Shown here: one piece after another, positions 38,798-53,784 of the stretch
Layout: every line of letters starts with the position of its first letter
Numbering within the stretch: the stretch's first letter is position 1
NCBI GenBank assembly: GCA_951406725.2
Contig: OX597814.1
Span: 17,360,001-17,424,000, forward strand
Reading direction: 5' to 3'
Origin: Octopus vulgaris
Taxonomy: Eukaryota
Length of the DNA: 64,000 nt
Translations under genes and position numbers: made by a program
Notes under the pieces: model-generated
Databases searched by the model: none
Told to the model about the DNA's origin: nothing
What the model saw: the letters and a program-made list of their open reading frames with translations, nothing else

Positions 38798-41181
38798 CAT
38801 ACATACATACATACATACATACATACATACATACATACATACATACATACATACATACTCACACACACACACACACATCCATTAGAAAGCACATCGTGCT
38901 AGTTAATCACGAGTGCAATTTTTCTTAAATTCCATCATTAATGTTCTCTGTATAATTTATAATAATTTAAAGATCTGAATTCTATGATATTGCTTTCTCT
39001 TCTGTTTTGTTAAAATACCTATCAAATCGGAGTCGGTTAGATTGTAATTTATCAAATGATTAGTGGAATGTTTTTTTGTTTTGTTTTTTTAAATTGATGA
39101 TACTTATCTCGTGTTACGTATTAAATAAACGTATCACGGATTACATTCGGAAATAAATTCAACTTTCTTTTTGCTTTACATGTTTATCTCTCCTTCGATT
39201 TGTCTATTCTCCGATCATGCTCCAGGGCTCCAGTCAGAGAACGTGTATAAATCAGAAAAAATTTAATATCGAAACTAGTAACACAAAAAAAAAAAATTCT
39301 AAGTCTTGAAACCTAATCTAAGAATAAAACTAATCAAATAGCAGAAATATAGAATTAATAAAATGCCTAATATAATGCCTAAAGATATGCGTGTGTGTGT
39401 GTGTGTTAAATTAATTATCTTTTGCAGCAATTAATTCTATGTCTGAAAAATAAATATAAATGAATGAATGGACGTCATTTTCAACAAATGATGTTTCCAT
39501 CTGTTAAATCATCAGGTCTGCCTATTCATCGTTGTAGTGTAAATGGCTGAGTATTCCGCAGAACACTCGTGCCATTGATATGAATGAATGAGCACAGTAG
39601 TGTGACAAAATTGAACCTTCAACCTACGTTTAGAATGTATCTGATTGCTTTGAAGAGGGCGGCCGACTATGAATTTTCCCTCACAAAGCTTTGGTTGACT
39701 CTAAATTTTCATTAAAAATATTTACACAAACGATGCACAGTAGGATCGAACTAGGTACCACGTAATGAGTAAACTAGCTTCTTAGTTTCTCAGATTACTT
39801 ATCTTCCAGACCGAAGTACTCGACCCTATAAGAAACTCGGAAAAATTGGTGTCGGATAGTTCCCTTTCAGAGAAGATATTTTTGTTCACCCAAGTTAAGC
39901 ACCAACTTAGTGGACACGTCTCCGGGTTTTTGAATGGTCAAGCATTTTATCTCCTTTATTTGGTTTCTTATCTGCAACGCGATTTAATGTACACCTACGC
40001 GGAGAGATGGTCTCATAGCTCATTTTTAATTGTTCACTCTTGTTAGCTTTACATACTAGTCAGAGATTTGATAATCTAATATCTCGACAGGAAAATGAAT
40101 AAGATAATGTACTTTTGTCTTCATACAATCTACACTGCTGATAAAAATAAGATTTTATCGAGCAGATCAAATTATTCTAATTCATTGATTATTTAAGTCT
40201 GTCAATTAAAACATTCCAGAATTTTATGAGTTACTATTGGAATGAGGGGTATGACCATGGACTTTGCATGCATTCCCAGACTGTTGAGATTAATTCGGTT
40301 GCTGGTGTAAAAAAACCATCAGCGGTGGAAAGAAATTAAAGGCGTTGCAGTTTTGGCTTTTAATAACCCAGTGATAGGGTCTCTGGTGATTCTGGAAAGA
40401 GAAACCCAGTTAAGGCGAAGAGACGAAGAGAAGTGTGTCAGAATATTTACGATAATTATCCTTTATATATATGCATGTGTGTGTGTCCACGTGCCTTTGT
40501 GCATGTAGTAGGTGGGGTCCTAGATGCACATGTACGTTTCATATTCTCTGTTCAAATATCGATAATGTAAGTATTCCAGTCTCAAACTCTGGAGTCACTT
40601 TCAATGTGCCCTTGTATTTATGTATATCGGCGAGTAAAGTGTAAGAAAGAGAAATGGGCTCATTTTTTCTAGGTTCTAGCATTTTATCCACCTTCTTTAT
40701 GTTGTTGTATCTTTTTAGAAAATGCACTTTTTAAAAAAAAATTAACATAAATGCATTTTCGCCATTTCACCAAGTTTAGTCATAATTAAAGTCAAATAAA
40801 ATCCCTATTTAATTCATGTAAATTATATCTCTAAGAGAAAGCTCTACTTCAAAAAAAGAATTACGTGTTTTATTGAAAATGTAAATTCGAATGACAGTTT
40901 TTAATTATGAAAATTCTTAAACTAAACATTATAATTATGAAAAAAAATTTTCAGAATTTTTTGCAAGGATAGATGTCGATGTATAATAAGTTCATTGGGG
41001 GTTTATAAAGTATAGGGGAGATAAAATTTCATGCACACACACACATATCTATATCTTTATATACACACATGCACTACACAAGTACACATATGCCTTCAAT
41101 ACACACTGCTTTAAAGACTTTGTATGTGGTACTGGCATTGGGTTCTCTGTATCAAGACAAATAAGTGCATTAGTGCATAAT

Positions 41182-41285
<104 letters not shown>

Positions 41286-41365
41286 TATATATATATATGT
41301 ATGTATGTATGTATATATATATATATGTATGTAAAAGTATATACATGCATATAATATATATGTAC

Positions 41366-41411
<46 letters not shown>

Positions 41412-41424
41412 CGTATATATATAT

Positions 41425-41625
41425 AGTTAATCCAAACATGAAAACACAAAGAGAAAACAACAACGCGAGGACATGGAACAAATATAGTATTATTGGACGC
41501 TCAGGAAGGAGGGAAAGAAGGAAGGTTTAACGTTTCAAGCGGAGATCTTCATCAGAAACATAGGAAAAGGATAGATCCAAAGAAGGGAAGACGGAGGAAA
41601 AAAATCGCCAACGGTACACACGTGG

Positions 41626-41628
<3 letters not shown>
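41425..41628 (-). mobile_element. pLTR module family H3 with hammerhead at 41525-41559, between (TA)n runs
   Basis: GTTT-CTGATGA-A-GATC-tcc-GCTT-GAAAC-GTT-AAAC; flanks align with 31985-32165. Confidence 0.7.
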
Positions 41629-41667
<39 letters not shown>

Positions 41668-42744
41668 TGATATACCAAATTTCTTTACTTGAATTATAAC
41701 CGTTAGCAGAAGTGTTTAGCTTAAATGAAAACCTTTCTCAAATGGGGCAAGGAGCAGAACTCTTATATAAATTATGGTCTGTTCATTATTTCGTCCAACA
41801 GTTTGGATAATTTCTCCTAGAATTATTATCTGTAGAAATCGTGTCCCTGTATATCTAATTAATCATAATTCAAGAAGATACATACAAAGAGAGTGAGTTT
41901 AGCCATGGCTAACTACGGTGGTAACTTAACTCTTTCGTTCTTGTAAGATCTTCTCTGTACGCCATAAGCAAAACAGATGGCCTGACGTCAGATTGACTAG
42001 AAGCAATAGATTTTGGTATCAAAAAATAATTTACTAATTATTCAGTTTAAAATATGATATTAGCATATATGTGTGCGTGTTCCTGTGCCCGTATGATTCT
42101 GTGCTCGTGTGACTGTGTGATTGTGATTGCGTCTGTGTGATTGTGTATGTGTGTGTGTATCATGTAATGCACATAGTAATATTTATATGGACACATACCA
42201 TAGGCTCATATGTCGATACATACGTTTTAGGGTCTACAGCAAATAGGAAGGCCAACAGAATTTCTAATTGTCGGTGATCTACAGTTATATTCAGGAAACA
42301 TTTACAATACTGAGAAATAGCTGGCTTTAGTAACATCATCTGATAAACAGGGATGAAATTTTGCCAAAAGGAATGTTCATATTTAGTGGCTGAATAACAA
42401 AAAATGTTATTTAACTTAATATATTTGAATTAAAAGATTTTGTATTTCCCATTCTACACAATGGGCATAAAAATTCTTCGATAAAGATGTGCTATGAGCA
42501 AGAATGACCAGATCTTAATTAATCTGAAGACTTTTTTAATGTATCCCGCACTATATTTGCAATACTTGTACTGGTAACAATATTTAGTATACTTGAATAT
42601 TCTCCAGAGGAAAATTGCCCCATAGGTATTCAAACTCCGCAAGATCCTGACATCAAATGGAAGAAGAAAAGATGGAGATGCTTCCGTTTAGTCCTGAACG
42701 TTTTGAAAGAAATTTGTCATGATACAGATAAAATAATAATAAAT

Positions 42745-42972
42745 GCCAGGCTCATGGGCCCGGTTTCCAGGTTTCTATGGCGTATGTGTTCCCCAGCTGG
42801 ACGGGACGTCAGTCCATCGCAGCGTTACTCATTTTTGCCAGCTGAGTGGACTGGAGCAACGTGAAATGAAGTGTTTTGCTCAAGAACACAACGCGTCGCC
42901 CGGTCCGGGAATCGAAACCACAATCTTATGATCATTATGCTGACACCCTAACCAGTAAGCCATGCGCCTCCA
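42745..42972 (-). mobile_element. tRNA-derived SINE family D
   Basis: Minus strand GGAGGCGCATGGCTTACTGG..TTCGATTCCCGG head, TTGAGCAAAACACTT centre, CTGCGATGGACTG.CGTCCCGTCCAG 3' part. Partial copies at 26725-26830 and 48165-48270. Confidence 0.78.
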
Positions 42973-43831
42973 TCATTATACAGATGGCATAAGTCAAATA
43001 AAATAAATGATTAATGAATTACAAAGTGGAGGTGATTTACATATTATGGGTTGGAAGTGAACTCCGCTCTCAAGAGAATTATTCACATGTTCTCTCATGA
43101 GACATTATTCTGCTGATCGACACTCCAGAGACCTGGGAGGGAAAAGTTCAGAAAGGCAACAAACTGTTATGCTTCGTTATATTTCCTGAATTTTGAACTA
43201 ACATTAACAGAAAGCGTAACCATTCTTGGTCCCGTAAAATTGCATTAAGTCGCCTTTTGAAGTGTATTACTTTCCTGTCGAAAGCTGAGTACAGTTACAA
43301 TACATATAACAAGCGGATAAAAGAAGCATTGTTTTTAAGCATTTAACATGGAATAGAAAATATTGATGATGCCTTTTTTTTTCTTGAATATATTACCTGT
43401 ATGAACAGCAAATTCCCAACGTGTCTCTAAAATATTACCTTGCAGTATACAACGCCACAAAAACTGAAAAATAAAAAGAAAGTTGTTCCTGAGTACAGGA
43501 GAGGTTAGCTACCCAAAAAATGGGAAAATTATATTAGATACAACGACAAACATTGGTTGTGTTACAAAGATTCAAGCTATAATTGCAAAAGATGGGGGTG
43601 GTTGTTAAGGCAAAGGGGGTCAATCGTAAAAGATGTGCCTTGCAAACAGAGCTAATTAGCAAAACTTAAAAGTGTAAGTCTTTTCCCAACTTCGACATTT
43701 CGATCTCTATCGATGTAATCCAAATTCTAACAGAGGAGCTCCATTTCTTTCTTAGAAAATAGCTCCTTACATGTAAGAAGTCGGATAATTAAAACAAATT
43801 ACAGACACACAAATATCAACCATTTTTCACT

Positions 43832-43862
<31 letters not shown>

Positions 43863-43882
43863 TCTCCCTCACTCTTACTCTC

Positions 43883-43925
<43 letters not shown>

Positions 43926-43948
43926 CATATATATATATACATACATAC

Positions 43949-44014
<66 letters not shown>

Positions 44015-44070
44015 CTACAGCACGCATTTTTTTCTCTCCTTCTTTCTGTGTTTTTTTTCTCTCTGTGTAT

Positions 44071-44106
44071 CTTTCTGTTGAAGAGCGTAGGCTCGAAACG
44101 TTAAAG
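44071..44106 (+). ncRNA. Best-preserved family H2 hammerhead motif (core CUGUUGA)
   Basis: CTTT-CTGTTGA-A-GAGC-gtag-GCTC-GAAAC-GTT-AAAG, in module 44015-44205 between TA runs. Confidence 0.65.
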
Positions 44107-44204
44107 ACTTGTTTTATTTATATTTCCTGAGCGCCATACTAATACAATTGTTCGTTTGTTTTCCACCTGCCTTCGTCTTTTGTCTATTTTCATAAAGCTT
44201 CCCG

Positions 44205-44257
<53 letters not shown>

Positions 44258-44304
44258 TACATATATATATACATATATATGCATACATATATATATATAC
44301 ATAT

Positions 44305-44656
44305 CTGGGACAACGGGCCATACGTCTCCTGCCCAATTCAAGATCACAGCGTACATGTACACTGCAACATAATTTCTTTTCCTCAACAGGCCCTGCCCTA
44401 TTTAACATTGTCCCGAAAGAGATCAAAGAGGAAAAGGATCCCATCAACGTTAAACGGAGTCTGGATAGATTCCTTCAAGAAATACCAGATAAGCCACCCA
44501 TAATTGGATACAACTCACCCAACAAAAACTCACTACTTGAATGGACCATAAACAAAACTTAACTGAAGCAGGATTCAGATAATCCTAACATGATTATTAA
44601 GTTAGACATGGCCTGGACCAATCTTTGGTCGAAGCATATCTAAGTTTATCTAAGTT

Positions 44657-44658
<2 letters not shown>
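44305..44658 (+). mobile_element. CR1-group LINE 3' end
   Basis: GPALFNIVPKEIKEEKDPINVKRSLDRFLQEIPDKPPIIGYNSPNKNSLLEWTINKT* (stop 44560-44562); short 3' hairpin and tandem TATCTAAGTT tail. Confidence 0.75.
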
Positions 44659-44726
<68 letters not shown>

Positions 44727-44729
44727 TAC

Positions 44730-44767
<38 letters not shown>

Positions 44768-44814
44768 ATATATACATATATATATATTTATATATACATA
44801 TATATATATATATA

Positions 44815-45100
44815 TAATTGGAATTTACAAAAAACAAACAAAACAAAAGACGAAGATGGGTGTGTAAACAACAAACAGGTGTATTAGTTCCACGGTAAGG
44901 AACTGAAAAAGTCTTTTATGTTTCGAGCCTACGCTCTTCGACAGAAAGGAACAGAGAAATAAACAGAGAAAGAAAATATAAAAAGATTTCGTGGCTAGCG
45001 ATCAATCATAGCGAATGCCGGACAGAGGTGGCCAGACAGGAGAGCTAAGAAGAAGGGGAGATAATAAAGTAGTGGTGAGCCCAAAATGAAGGTGCGCGTG
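44815..45100 (-). mobile_element. pLTR module family H2 (longest copy), hammerhead at 44913-44948
   Basis: CTTT-CTGTCGA-A-GAGC-gtag-GCTC-GAAAC-ATA-AAAG on minus strand; shares GATCGCTAGCCAC with the copy at 365. Confidence 0.68.
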
Positions 45101-45174
45101 TGTATGTATACATATATGTTCATTAATTTGCTTTGCAAGATTCCTGATGTGAAATCGTGTGTTAAAACAGATAA

Positions 45175-45632
45175 TGTTATATTTTGGGACGGTCATTTTT
45201 CCCAAATAAACACAAGTACTATATATTCATTCTTCACTCGTTTATTTGTCCGAAATCTTTCATCACACATCTGTGACCTTTTCAGCAACTCTTCCATCCA
45301 CGTGTATCCACCTGTCCTATTTAGTCCATTCAGAAGAGGTCACAGACGAGACATAAGAAATCTTGCAAAACGAATTCATAGATCTAACAACGTGAGCTAC
45401 TGCCAGACTAGTAAGACGCTGAAATTCTATATTTCGAAAGAATACACTGAACAGAACGGGAGGATAGACGTGGATGGAAGAGACACTGAAGAGGTCACAG
45501 GTGTGTGAAGAAAGAATTCCAGACATTGGACATAAGATAAAATAAGAACAATAATGAACGATTGAAGAACGAATATATAGTGCATGTGTATATTTGGCAA
45601 GAAAATAAATGACCATCCCGAAATATAACAAT
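45175..45632. mobile_element. Diverged fold-back module with hammerhead-like cores in both arms
   Basis: Arms about 45175-45325 / 45445-45632; CTGAAGA-G-GTCACA-ggtg-TGTGA-A-GAAAG at 45486-45514. Confidence 0.5.
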
Positions 45633-45952
45633 ATATACATATATATATATATATATCGGAGTGTGTGTGTGTACGCGCGCCTGTGTGTGTTTGTATGTAT
45701 ATTTATATATGTGTGTATGCGTGTATACACTTTTAAATGAGAATACAGAAATATCTATCTACTATTCTCTCTCCAGACAAACACATGTATAATATACATA
45801 TATACATGTATACAAATATATACATAATGTTGTTGAATGCGCCACTGCATGTGTCACTGTGTGTTTGCTATATGTGTTTGTGTGTATGGGCATACACATA
45901 CATATGTATATACATACATGCATGCATGTATATATTTGCATGCATACATCTT

Positions 45953-45987
<35 letters not shown>

Positions 45988-46036
45988 ATGTGTGTTTGTG
46001 TGTGTGTGTGTTTGTGTGTATATATGCATGTATGAA

Positions 46037-46087
<51 letters not shown>

Positions 46088-47449
46088 GCGTGTACAGGTT
46101 TTGATGCTAATAGTCTAGTGTATTTATTTACACATTCTTCTTTGTCTTGAAAAACGTCGGCTAAAATTACAATTATGCATGCTGTTAAGAATATACATGA
46201 TTGTATGTATGCTGTATGTACGTGTATGCTGTATGTACGTGAGTTTGTTTTTTCCATGTGGTGTGTGAGGCTGTTCATGTATGTGAAATATCTTTATGGT
46301 ACATAGAGTCTTTGTCTATAAGATTTTATAAAGTTTAAGGCCATTTTTTGCATCAACTAAAGGGATTTTGCGCATTTATATTTAATTAGATCTGAAATTC
46401 AATTAGATCCTGCCGAATATTCTCAAGGCAACCAGTTGCCTTAAAGTTGGAAATGAGATACCTTTTCATTTCAGGGTATTATTTATCATAATTTAATGTT
46501 TGAAACTAGCAAAATTTTCACTTTTTTTTCGGTCGAGTAGTGATAAACATTGACTGCCTTGACGGCGAAGGCTTATGATCGTACATACATACATACATAC
46601 ATACATACATACATACATACATACATACATAGACAGGTAGATACATACACACACATATATATATATATGTGTATGTATGTATGTATGTATGTATGTATGT
46701 ATGTATGTATGCATATGTGTGTGTGCATTTATTTATTTATATATGTTTATACATATGTATGTATATCTTAGTTCTTTCAGTTATTGAACTGCGGTCATGC
46801 AGTAGCACCATCTGGAAGGGTTTAATCAAACAAATGGAGTCCAGAACTTATTTTTCTACTACCTGCCACTCATTCTATTACGAAACCGCTAACTGCCAAA
46901 CTGATAGGGGGGGGTGCAAACACACATACAAAAAAGATACATATATAGGTATATATATATATACGACGGGCTTCTTCCTTAATATGGTTGGCGATTTCAC
47001 TTTTGACAGGGCAAAAATGTAATCCTTTCATGCAAGCACCTCCCGACTCAGCACCTCTGTTTCTACTTCTCGCTATACCCTGGTCACTGACTGTTCCCTC
47101 TTCTTGTTCTGATTCACATATATTGAATGGTACTGCCCAGGTGTCAAAACCACAATAATATCCGTGGGACAGCTGATGATGGCTGCATGTTTGATTGTTG
47201 GTATGGCTGTTTTTGTATATATGGAATAGTGATTTAACACATTCTTTATATATATGTGTGTGTGCGTGTGTGTGTGAGTATGTTGTCTACTTGAAAACAA
47301 CTAACAAAGAGCGCAATCTTCTTAAATTTGTTACAAATGGTAGGCTTCAAACTCTTTCATATGTAGCAAGATTATAAGTAAACAACGGCTTCAGAACCAA
47401 AAGTAGACCAGCAGTGATGAGATACTAACAATCTAGAAAGCTCAGATAA

Positions 47450-47551
<102 letters not shown>

Positions 47552-47558
47552 CATACAT

Positions 47559-47603
<45 letters not shown>

Positions 47604-47611
47604 AACATATG

Positions 47612-47659
<48 letters not shown>

Positions 47660-47761
47660 AACATATATACATATACATACATATACATACATATACATAC
47701 ATATACATATATTTGTACAAATACATACATATCTTTCCAGAGTTATCTCTCTTAGGTACAT

Positions 47762-47805
47762 TCCATTGACGAGAGTCAATAAACTCGAAGCATCGATGTT
47801 TTGGA
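47762..47805 (+). ncRNA. Decayed hammerhead motif
   Basis: TCCA-TTGACGA-GAGT-caataa-ACTC-GAAG-CATCGATG-TTT-TGGA; stems pair but the core has 2 deviations. Confidence 0.5.
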
Positions 47806-50499
47806 TTCCTCATAGATGGCGACACTGAACAAACTTAGTGTTTTCACACCTTTTACTATAAGAGAAATATTTTCTGCACGGTAACTGCAGTGTATTTGCC
47901 TTTTAGCAGTTGAAAAATGTAAACAAACATATCTTAACTCACCTAAATTTTGCATATATATATATATATATATCGCTGATGATGGCAACAGTCAAACATA
48001 GTCCGAGAAAGATGGTCCTGCTATTTCTTGCTGAACAACCTGCAGAAATGTTTTTAAAGAAATATATTATATATGCTGTACATTAGCTCACTCTCTCTAC
48101 CAAATCGGTGTTTTCTAGACTGGTGCACATTATACCACGCGTTAGGTGTTGAAGTAATCTCAGAGCAACGTGAGAGGAAGTGTTTTGCCCAATAACACAA
48201 TGCACCACAAATTGAAACCATATTATCGCAACCGTGTACGTAACAATCTAACAACTAGGCTATCGCACCCCCGCTGTATATGTATGTATGTGTTTGTGCG
48301 TGTATGTGTTTGTGCGTGTATGTGTGCTTGCATGAATGTGTGTGTGTGTGTGTGTGTGTGTGTAGTATAAGATAGAAAGTTCTTTGGTGCTTTCGTCTTT
48401 AAATGAACATTCTATAAATCCCTTAATGCAATATGATATTTCAGTAACTACTCAAACGCTAGACCGCATCTGAACTATTGTCATTAAGCACTTATTCCTA
48501 ATTATACATTAATTTTCAGTTTCCAGAATCTCCGAACTTTGTTGTAAGTCCCCAAATCTCTCAAAGAATGAATCCACCTCGTGTTGATTGTGATTATGGT
48601 TTCCCAATTCCTCTGGTCAATGCCAAAACTATGTTGAAGTAATTGAGTAACGTGACCTCTTTAGCAGCAATAACTCTTTCTGTCCTCTTCTCTCAGTTTG
48701 TCACCCGCAGAATCGTGAGTTTGAATTTTTTTTATTCAAATTATTAGAGAATTATATAGAAAGTCTATCATACTAAAATGCAAATGAGCGCTCCCATACC
48801 ACTGAGCTAAAATTGCAATTGAAAAGCTCGACTCAGAACACAAAATCTGGTTTGATTTCAATGATCCTACAAGGGAGAAGTTAGACTCATCCAGGAATTA
48901 TATAGAATAAAAGCACTAATTCTTGTGACATCTTACAGAGATATATGCAAACATCTAACAAACCATTACCGAAACATTGGAGTGAAAACGTGATAAAAAA
49001 GAACATAAAAGAAGAAATACAGTGGGCAACAGAGAGGGTATATGTCAAGGGTTTCAATAAAGGACTCAAACATATTTTGAACCGCCAGAAAAAATACATT
49101 GACAATTTAAAAACCAACATAAATTATTGAAACGATGGACTGAACGTCTTCAGTAACTGTGCAAAGCACCTAGTTACACAGGTCTAGTTACAAATATCTG
49201 TTTATTTCATGTCAAAGCAAAACTGATGTCAATGAACCAGGAACGTTAGTTTGCATTTTACTATACTCACCTCTGTGTTTCTCAGATCCATGGCATTAGT
49301 TACTCTGAATTATTTCTCATAGCTCTTTTACGATGCACACACACGCATATGTGTATATATATATATGTATATAAATGGATATATATATATATATACATAC
49401 ACATGCATACACACACACATATATATATACAAACACACACACACATATGTACATATATACATATGTATATATAAATATTTATGTAAATGTATGTATAAAT
49501 GTGTATATGTGTGTACAGAGTGTTATTTCAAGTTATATTTTCAACACTTCCCCTGAAGTTTATTATATTTTTAGAAAACAAAAACTGTTATTCCAAAATA
49601 TATTTTCAAATTTCTTCACCCTTTTTTTTTTATTGCAGAATCAAAACTTTATTTCATATTATTTCCTCCGGAAGTATGATTACACAAGGTTGTTTACATA
49701 TCTGAGAAGAAGTTTCGTAGTGTTTTCATTAAAATATCAAACACACTCGAAATTCATTTTGTCGGCCATCTTTTAAAATTTTTATTTTATATATTTTATA
49801 TATATATTTTTTGTTTCTTCATTTATGTAGGATTTTAGAATAATAACACTTTCTCAACACCAAAAATGATTTCTTTTGTTTTTATTTCATATTATTTTTT
49901 ATTTTTAGTAATCAAAATATTTTTCAAGAAAATTACATTTTAAAGAATGAAAAATAATTATTTTTTGTTTTAATTTCACAAATCCTGTTGTTTATTCGAT
50001 TTTCCTCCATCTGTAAAAAATTATATTATTTTGAATCAACAGTTATTACTTGCAATACTATAAATAAGTTTCCTTTTCAAAATTTCTTTTTGGAATATGT
50101 TTCTCGCCAATGAATAAATAATACCTTCCGGTAAACTGTTTTCGTCGATGTTTTGTAATTTAAAATTCTAACAACGGCTTCCTTGCTGTCGCGAAAGCAA
50201 GGAAAATACTGAAGAAATTGAGAAGGCACACGACGCGGGATTATCACAAATGCCTGCTATAGTGGCTTACGCCCGCAAGCATTATTAATTTGTTTGCAAA
50301 CCATAACAACAGGAGAAACAAGTGTTAATAAGTATCATAAACAGCTAAGTCATTTTTTTTTAGAGATCAGTGATATTGGGGATATTTGAGGGACGTGTGA
50401 GTACGTGTCTGTGTGAGGAAAATATGTAACAAAAGCGAAAACAGCTTTTACCGGAAATCGAACTAGCGTACATGAATTCTTCGGGAGATTTGTCATATT

Positions 50500-50830
50500 G
50501 TTACTATTCGTGTTTGTTTGTCTGTGAACAAGATATCTCAAGAACCGCTGCATGGATTCGGAGATGTTTCGCCTCGTGACTAACAGGAATTGATTAGATT
50601 TTGGCTCGATCCGGTACCTAACAATGATTCTGGATTATTTATCCAAGTTTTTCCCTTAATTTTTGAGAGCGGTCGGGTTCATTTTTAGTATTCTCGTTTG
50701 TGAGAGCAGTCGAGTTCATTCCAGATGTTCTCAATTTAAAAATAATTTCTGGTTACTCGTTCAGAGGACGTTAGTTTTGTAGTCGAGACATTTGATTCCC
50801 TGTTGCATTTGATAGGTGTTCGCTTCATGT
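50500..50830 (+). mobile_element. Possible Helentron-associated (HINE/DINE-like) element remnant
   Basis: TGTTTGTTTGTCTGTGAACAAGATATCTCAAGAACCGCTG..GGATT resembles the HINE core that follows a GTYT microsatellite; ends not resolved. Confidence 0.45.
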
Positions 50831-52043
50831 GAATCTTGTTGGTGTTTAAATTGTTGAAGGTCTACTGCACCTAATTGTTATACAACTGAATTGTCAAATT
50901 TATTGCTACCTGTGAATTTTAATTTTCTTCCCCCTTTATGGGTGAAGTTGTGAATAACAACATTATGGAAAGTTAACCAGTTCCAGTAATTGCAGTAACT
51001 ATGAATGGCGTTAGGCATTTTGACCAATGCTCTGTCGATTTTACCAGTCCACTATCTTTCGTCTGGAGTATACGATTCCCACTCCTACATATTTGACCTT
51101 ATCCTTTTCTTCTTTACTTCTTGACCAGTTTATTTCTTCGAATATTTGCTTTTTATCTCAAACACCCGGCTTCAACATTCATTTCAACTCACATCTACGG
51201 TGAGTTAACTTGCAAATTCTAAGCCACAATGTAATCTTCATATGTTCTCGACCTGATGATCTGTGAAGCTGAGCACCCTTCATTGAATAATTATTACATT
51301 AAAGGATCACCTCGCTAAGAAATATATGTTGCCGGATTTTCCTCGTTTCACTCCCTCAGTTTTGCTGTGTGTGAATGTAAATAGATACAGACACTCACAC
51401 ACACTGACAGTGATCAAGAGGAACACCATTCGCGTTGTTACATCGCACATTAATAAATTAAGTATTGAGAATGAAAAAAATGCTAATGCAATATGACTTT
51501 ACATCCCCTGTGACTATATCATACTAGTATCTATCATCAGCTTAAAGAAAAATAAGGAGAAATATAAACCGGATCCTTCTCTGTTTTTCCTTTTTTACGG
51601 GCGGTTAAGATAAGTGTGAGTCATATGACATAGGTCCAAGTAAGGTAGCCTTCGAACATTACAATATTAATTACAGATCTAATTGATACATTTTTAGACA
51701 TTGGTGCAGTTGATACAATTGACTTAATTTACTGACAAAAAAAAATATTTAAAATTTATTCCAGCATTATTCGTACTCAGCATTTAAAGGGACATAGCAA
51801 ATAAAACAAGTCATTTGACCTGACATTCTACTAATGCAGCCATCTTGTAACCCCGGAAAGAGTAAAACTGAAACATCACTAGCGATATCTAAAGTGTAAA
51901 ACCTCAGTTTTATGTGCGTAATTTCCGTAATAGGTTTTCGATTACTTATTAAAATAATTTCACCTCAATTATGCAGATAATCCCTTGAGTAGACCCATAA
52001 TAGGCAATAACGAAACTTCAAAATACAAATTCAAAACTTTGAA

Positions 52044-52373
52044 ATGCAAAATTTTACTGCATTTATATATGGTGATAATTTTCCAGATATAGACTATTTT
52101 CGAGATGGACTATGGTCGAAATGTTCGACCTTAACAATAACTGGTGCTTCAAAGTGTTCTCCATACGTGAAAGTTTGTGGTAAAATGCTTACTGGTATTA
52201 TGGTGAGCACTGCAAAGCTAGAAGTGAAATATCTAAAGACGAGAATGCAGTTTCGATTTACGGTTGATGTAATCATATCTATAACCTACGATATAAATGA
52301 CGTTGAAAAATATGAACGTCACAGGGCCTCAATCCTTCACTCTCTCAATTTCATAACTATCTTTCTTTCATGA
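52044..52373 (+). pseudogene. Possible very old RTE-type reverse transcriptase remnant
   Basis: AFI...RDGLW and ASILHSLNFI are spaced roughly like the AFD.VSR.GLW and QGxILSPLLF RT motifs; weak. Confidence 0.3.
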
Positions 52374-53784
52374 AATATTTTTCTAAAATTGCTTGGAGAA
52401 AAACCATAAAAGAACAGAGAAGGAATCAAGAACAATAAACACAGCATCAAAGTTGTAAAAGGCGAAACATTGTGAGAATATAAAAAAGAACATTTATTGT
52501 TTCTGAAGCCCATTTAGCAAACATTTTAGATGAGGTTTAGCTTATACCATCAATCCTGGAAACTGGCTGCTACTTTATTTTATCAGTCCCGGTATGATGA
52601 AAAGCAAAGTTGAATGCATCGGGTTTTGAACTCAGAACGGAAAGTGTTGCAGTAAATTTTGCAAGGCATTTTTACTGAAACCCAAACGATATAACTAGAC
52701 CACAATAATACTAAAGAAATAAAACCTAAGGCTAACAAAACAACCACCATTTGATCATTGTGTGTGTGTGTGTGTGTGTCTGTGTGTCCCAGTTTTTTTT
52801 TTAACTTCTTAGTTCATTTCAATATCTTTAATCCTTTTATGTAATTTTCGTAATAAAGTATAGTGCTACCTTCTGATTTAACCATTTCAACTTACTTATT
52901 TCTTTTCCAAGAACGTCACTCTTGATGGGTATTTAATTTTAATTATTCACTCATATTTCACTATCGTCTTTGTGCTGTGATATTTGTAGACTGTAGTGAG
53001 GTGGTGATGGGTGTGATCATTTTTAATTAGTTATTTGATTGATGTTATTATTATCGTTGTTGTAGTTGTTGTTGCCGCTGCTTCTGCTACTTCTGTTATT
53101 GTTAACATCATCTTTATCATCATCATCATCGAAGCGCCGAGCTAGCAGCATCTTTAGAGTGTCGGAGAAAATGCTTAGCAGTGTTTCCTTCGAATCATTA
53201 CGTTTTGAGTTCAAATTCAACAGCGTCTGTACCAACATAAATAAAGCAAATACAGAAACAACAACAACAATAGTGGCTTCCCAGACCCCGGTCAACTGTC
53301 CAACCCGTGCTAGCACGGAAAACGGACGTTAAACGATGATGATGATTCTCCCTCTTTGTTTCTCTCTCCTTTCTCTCTCACTTTCCCACTCTCTTACTTT
53401 TCTTTTCTTAAGTACTACAACAGCAGCATCAGTGGAGGCGCAATGGCCCAGTGGTTAGAGCAGCGGACTCGCGGTCGTAAGAACGTGGTTTCGGTTCCCA
53501 GACCGGGCATTGTGAGTTTTTATTGAGCAAAAACACCTAAGGTCCACGAGGCTCCGGCGGGGAGGGGGTGAACCTCGCTGTACTCTTTCACCACAACTTT
53601 CTCTCACTCTTTCTTCCTACTTCTGCCACAAAGCAGAGGAACCATGGTGTAACCCACTATGCTGTGGTGAACTTTCAGAGCCTAGTTTAGACTGCGAATC
53701 CTCTGTACCCTAGGATGGTTCAGCTCTCCACCCGTTAAAAGTCACCGTTTACGGAATGAGGATAACAATTTGAAATAATTATTA

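Noticed and set aside
43590-43630. VVKAKGG, like a Tc1 transposase C-terminus
   Set aside because: Too short; no supporting upstream motif or TIR found.
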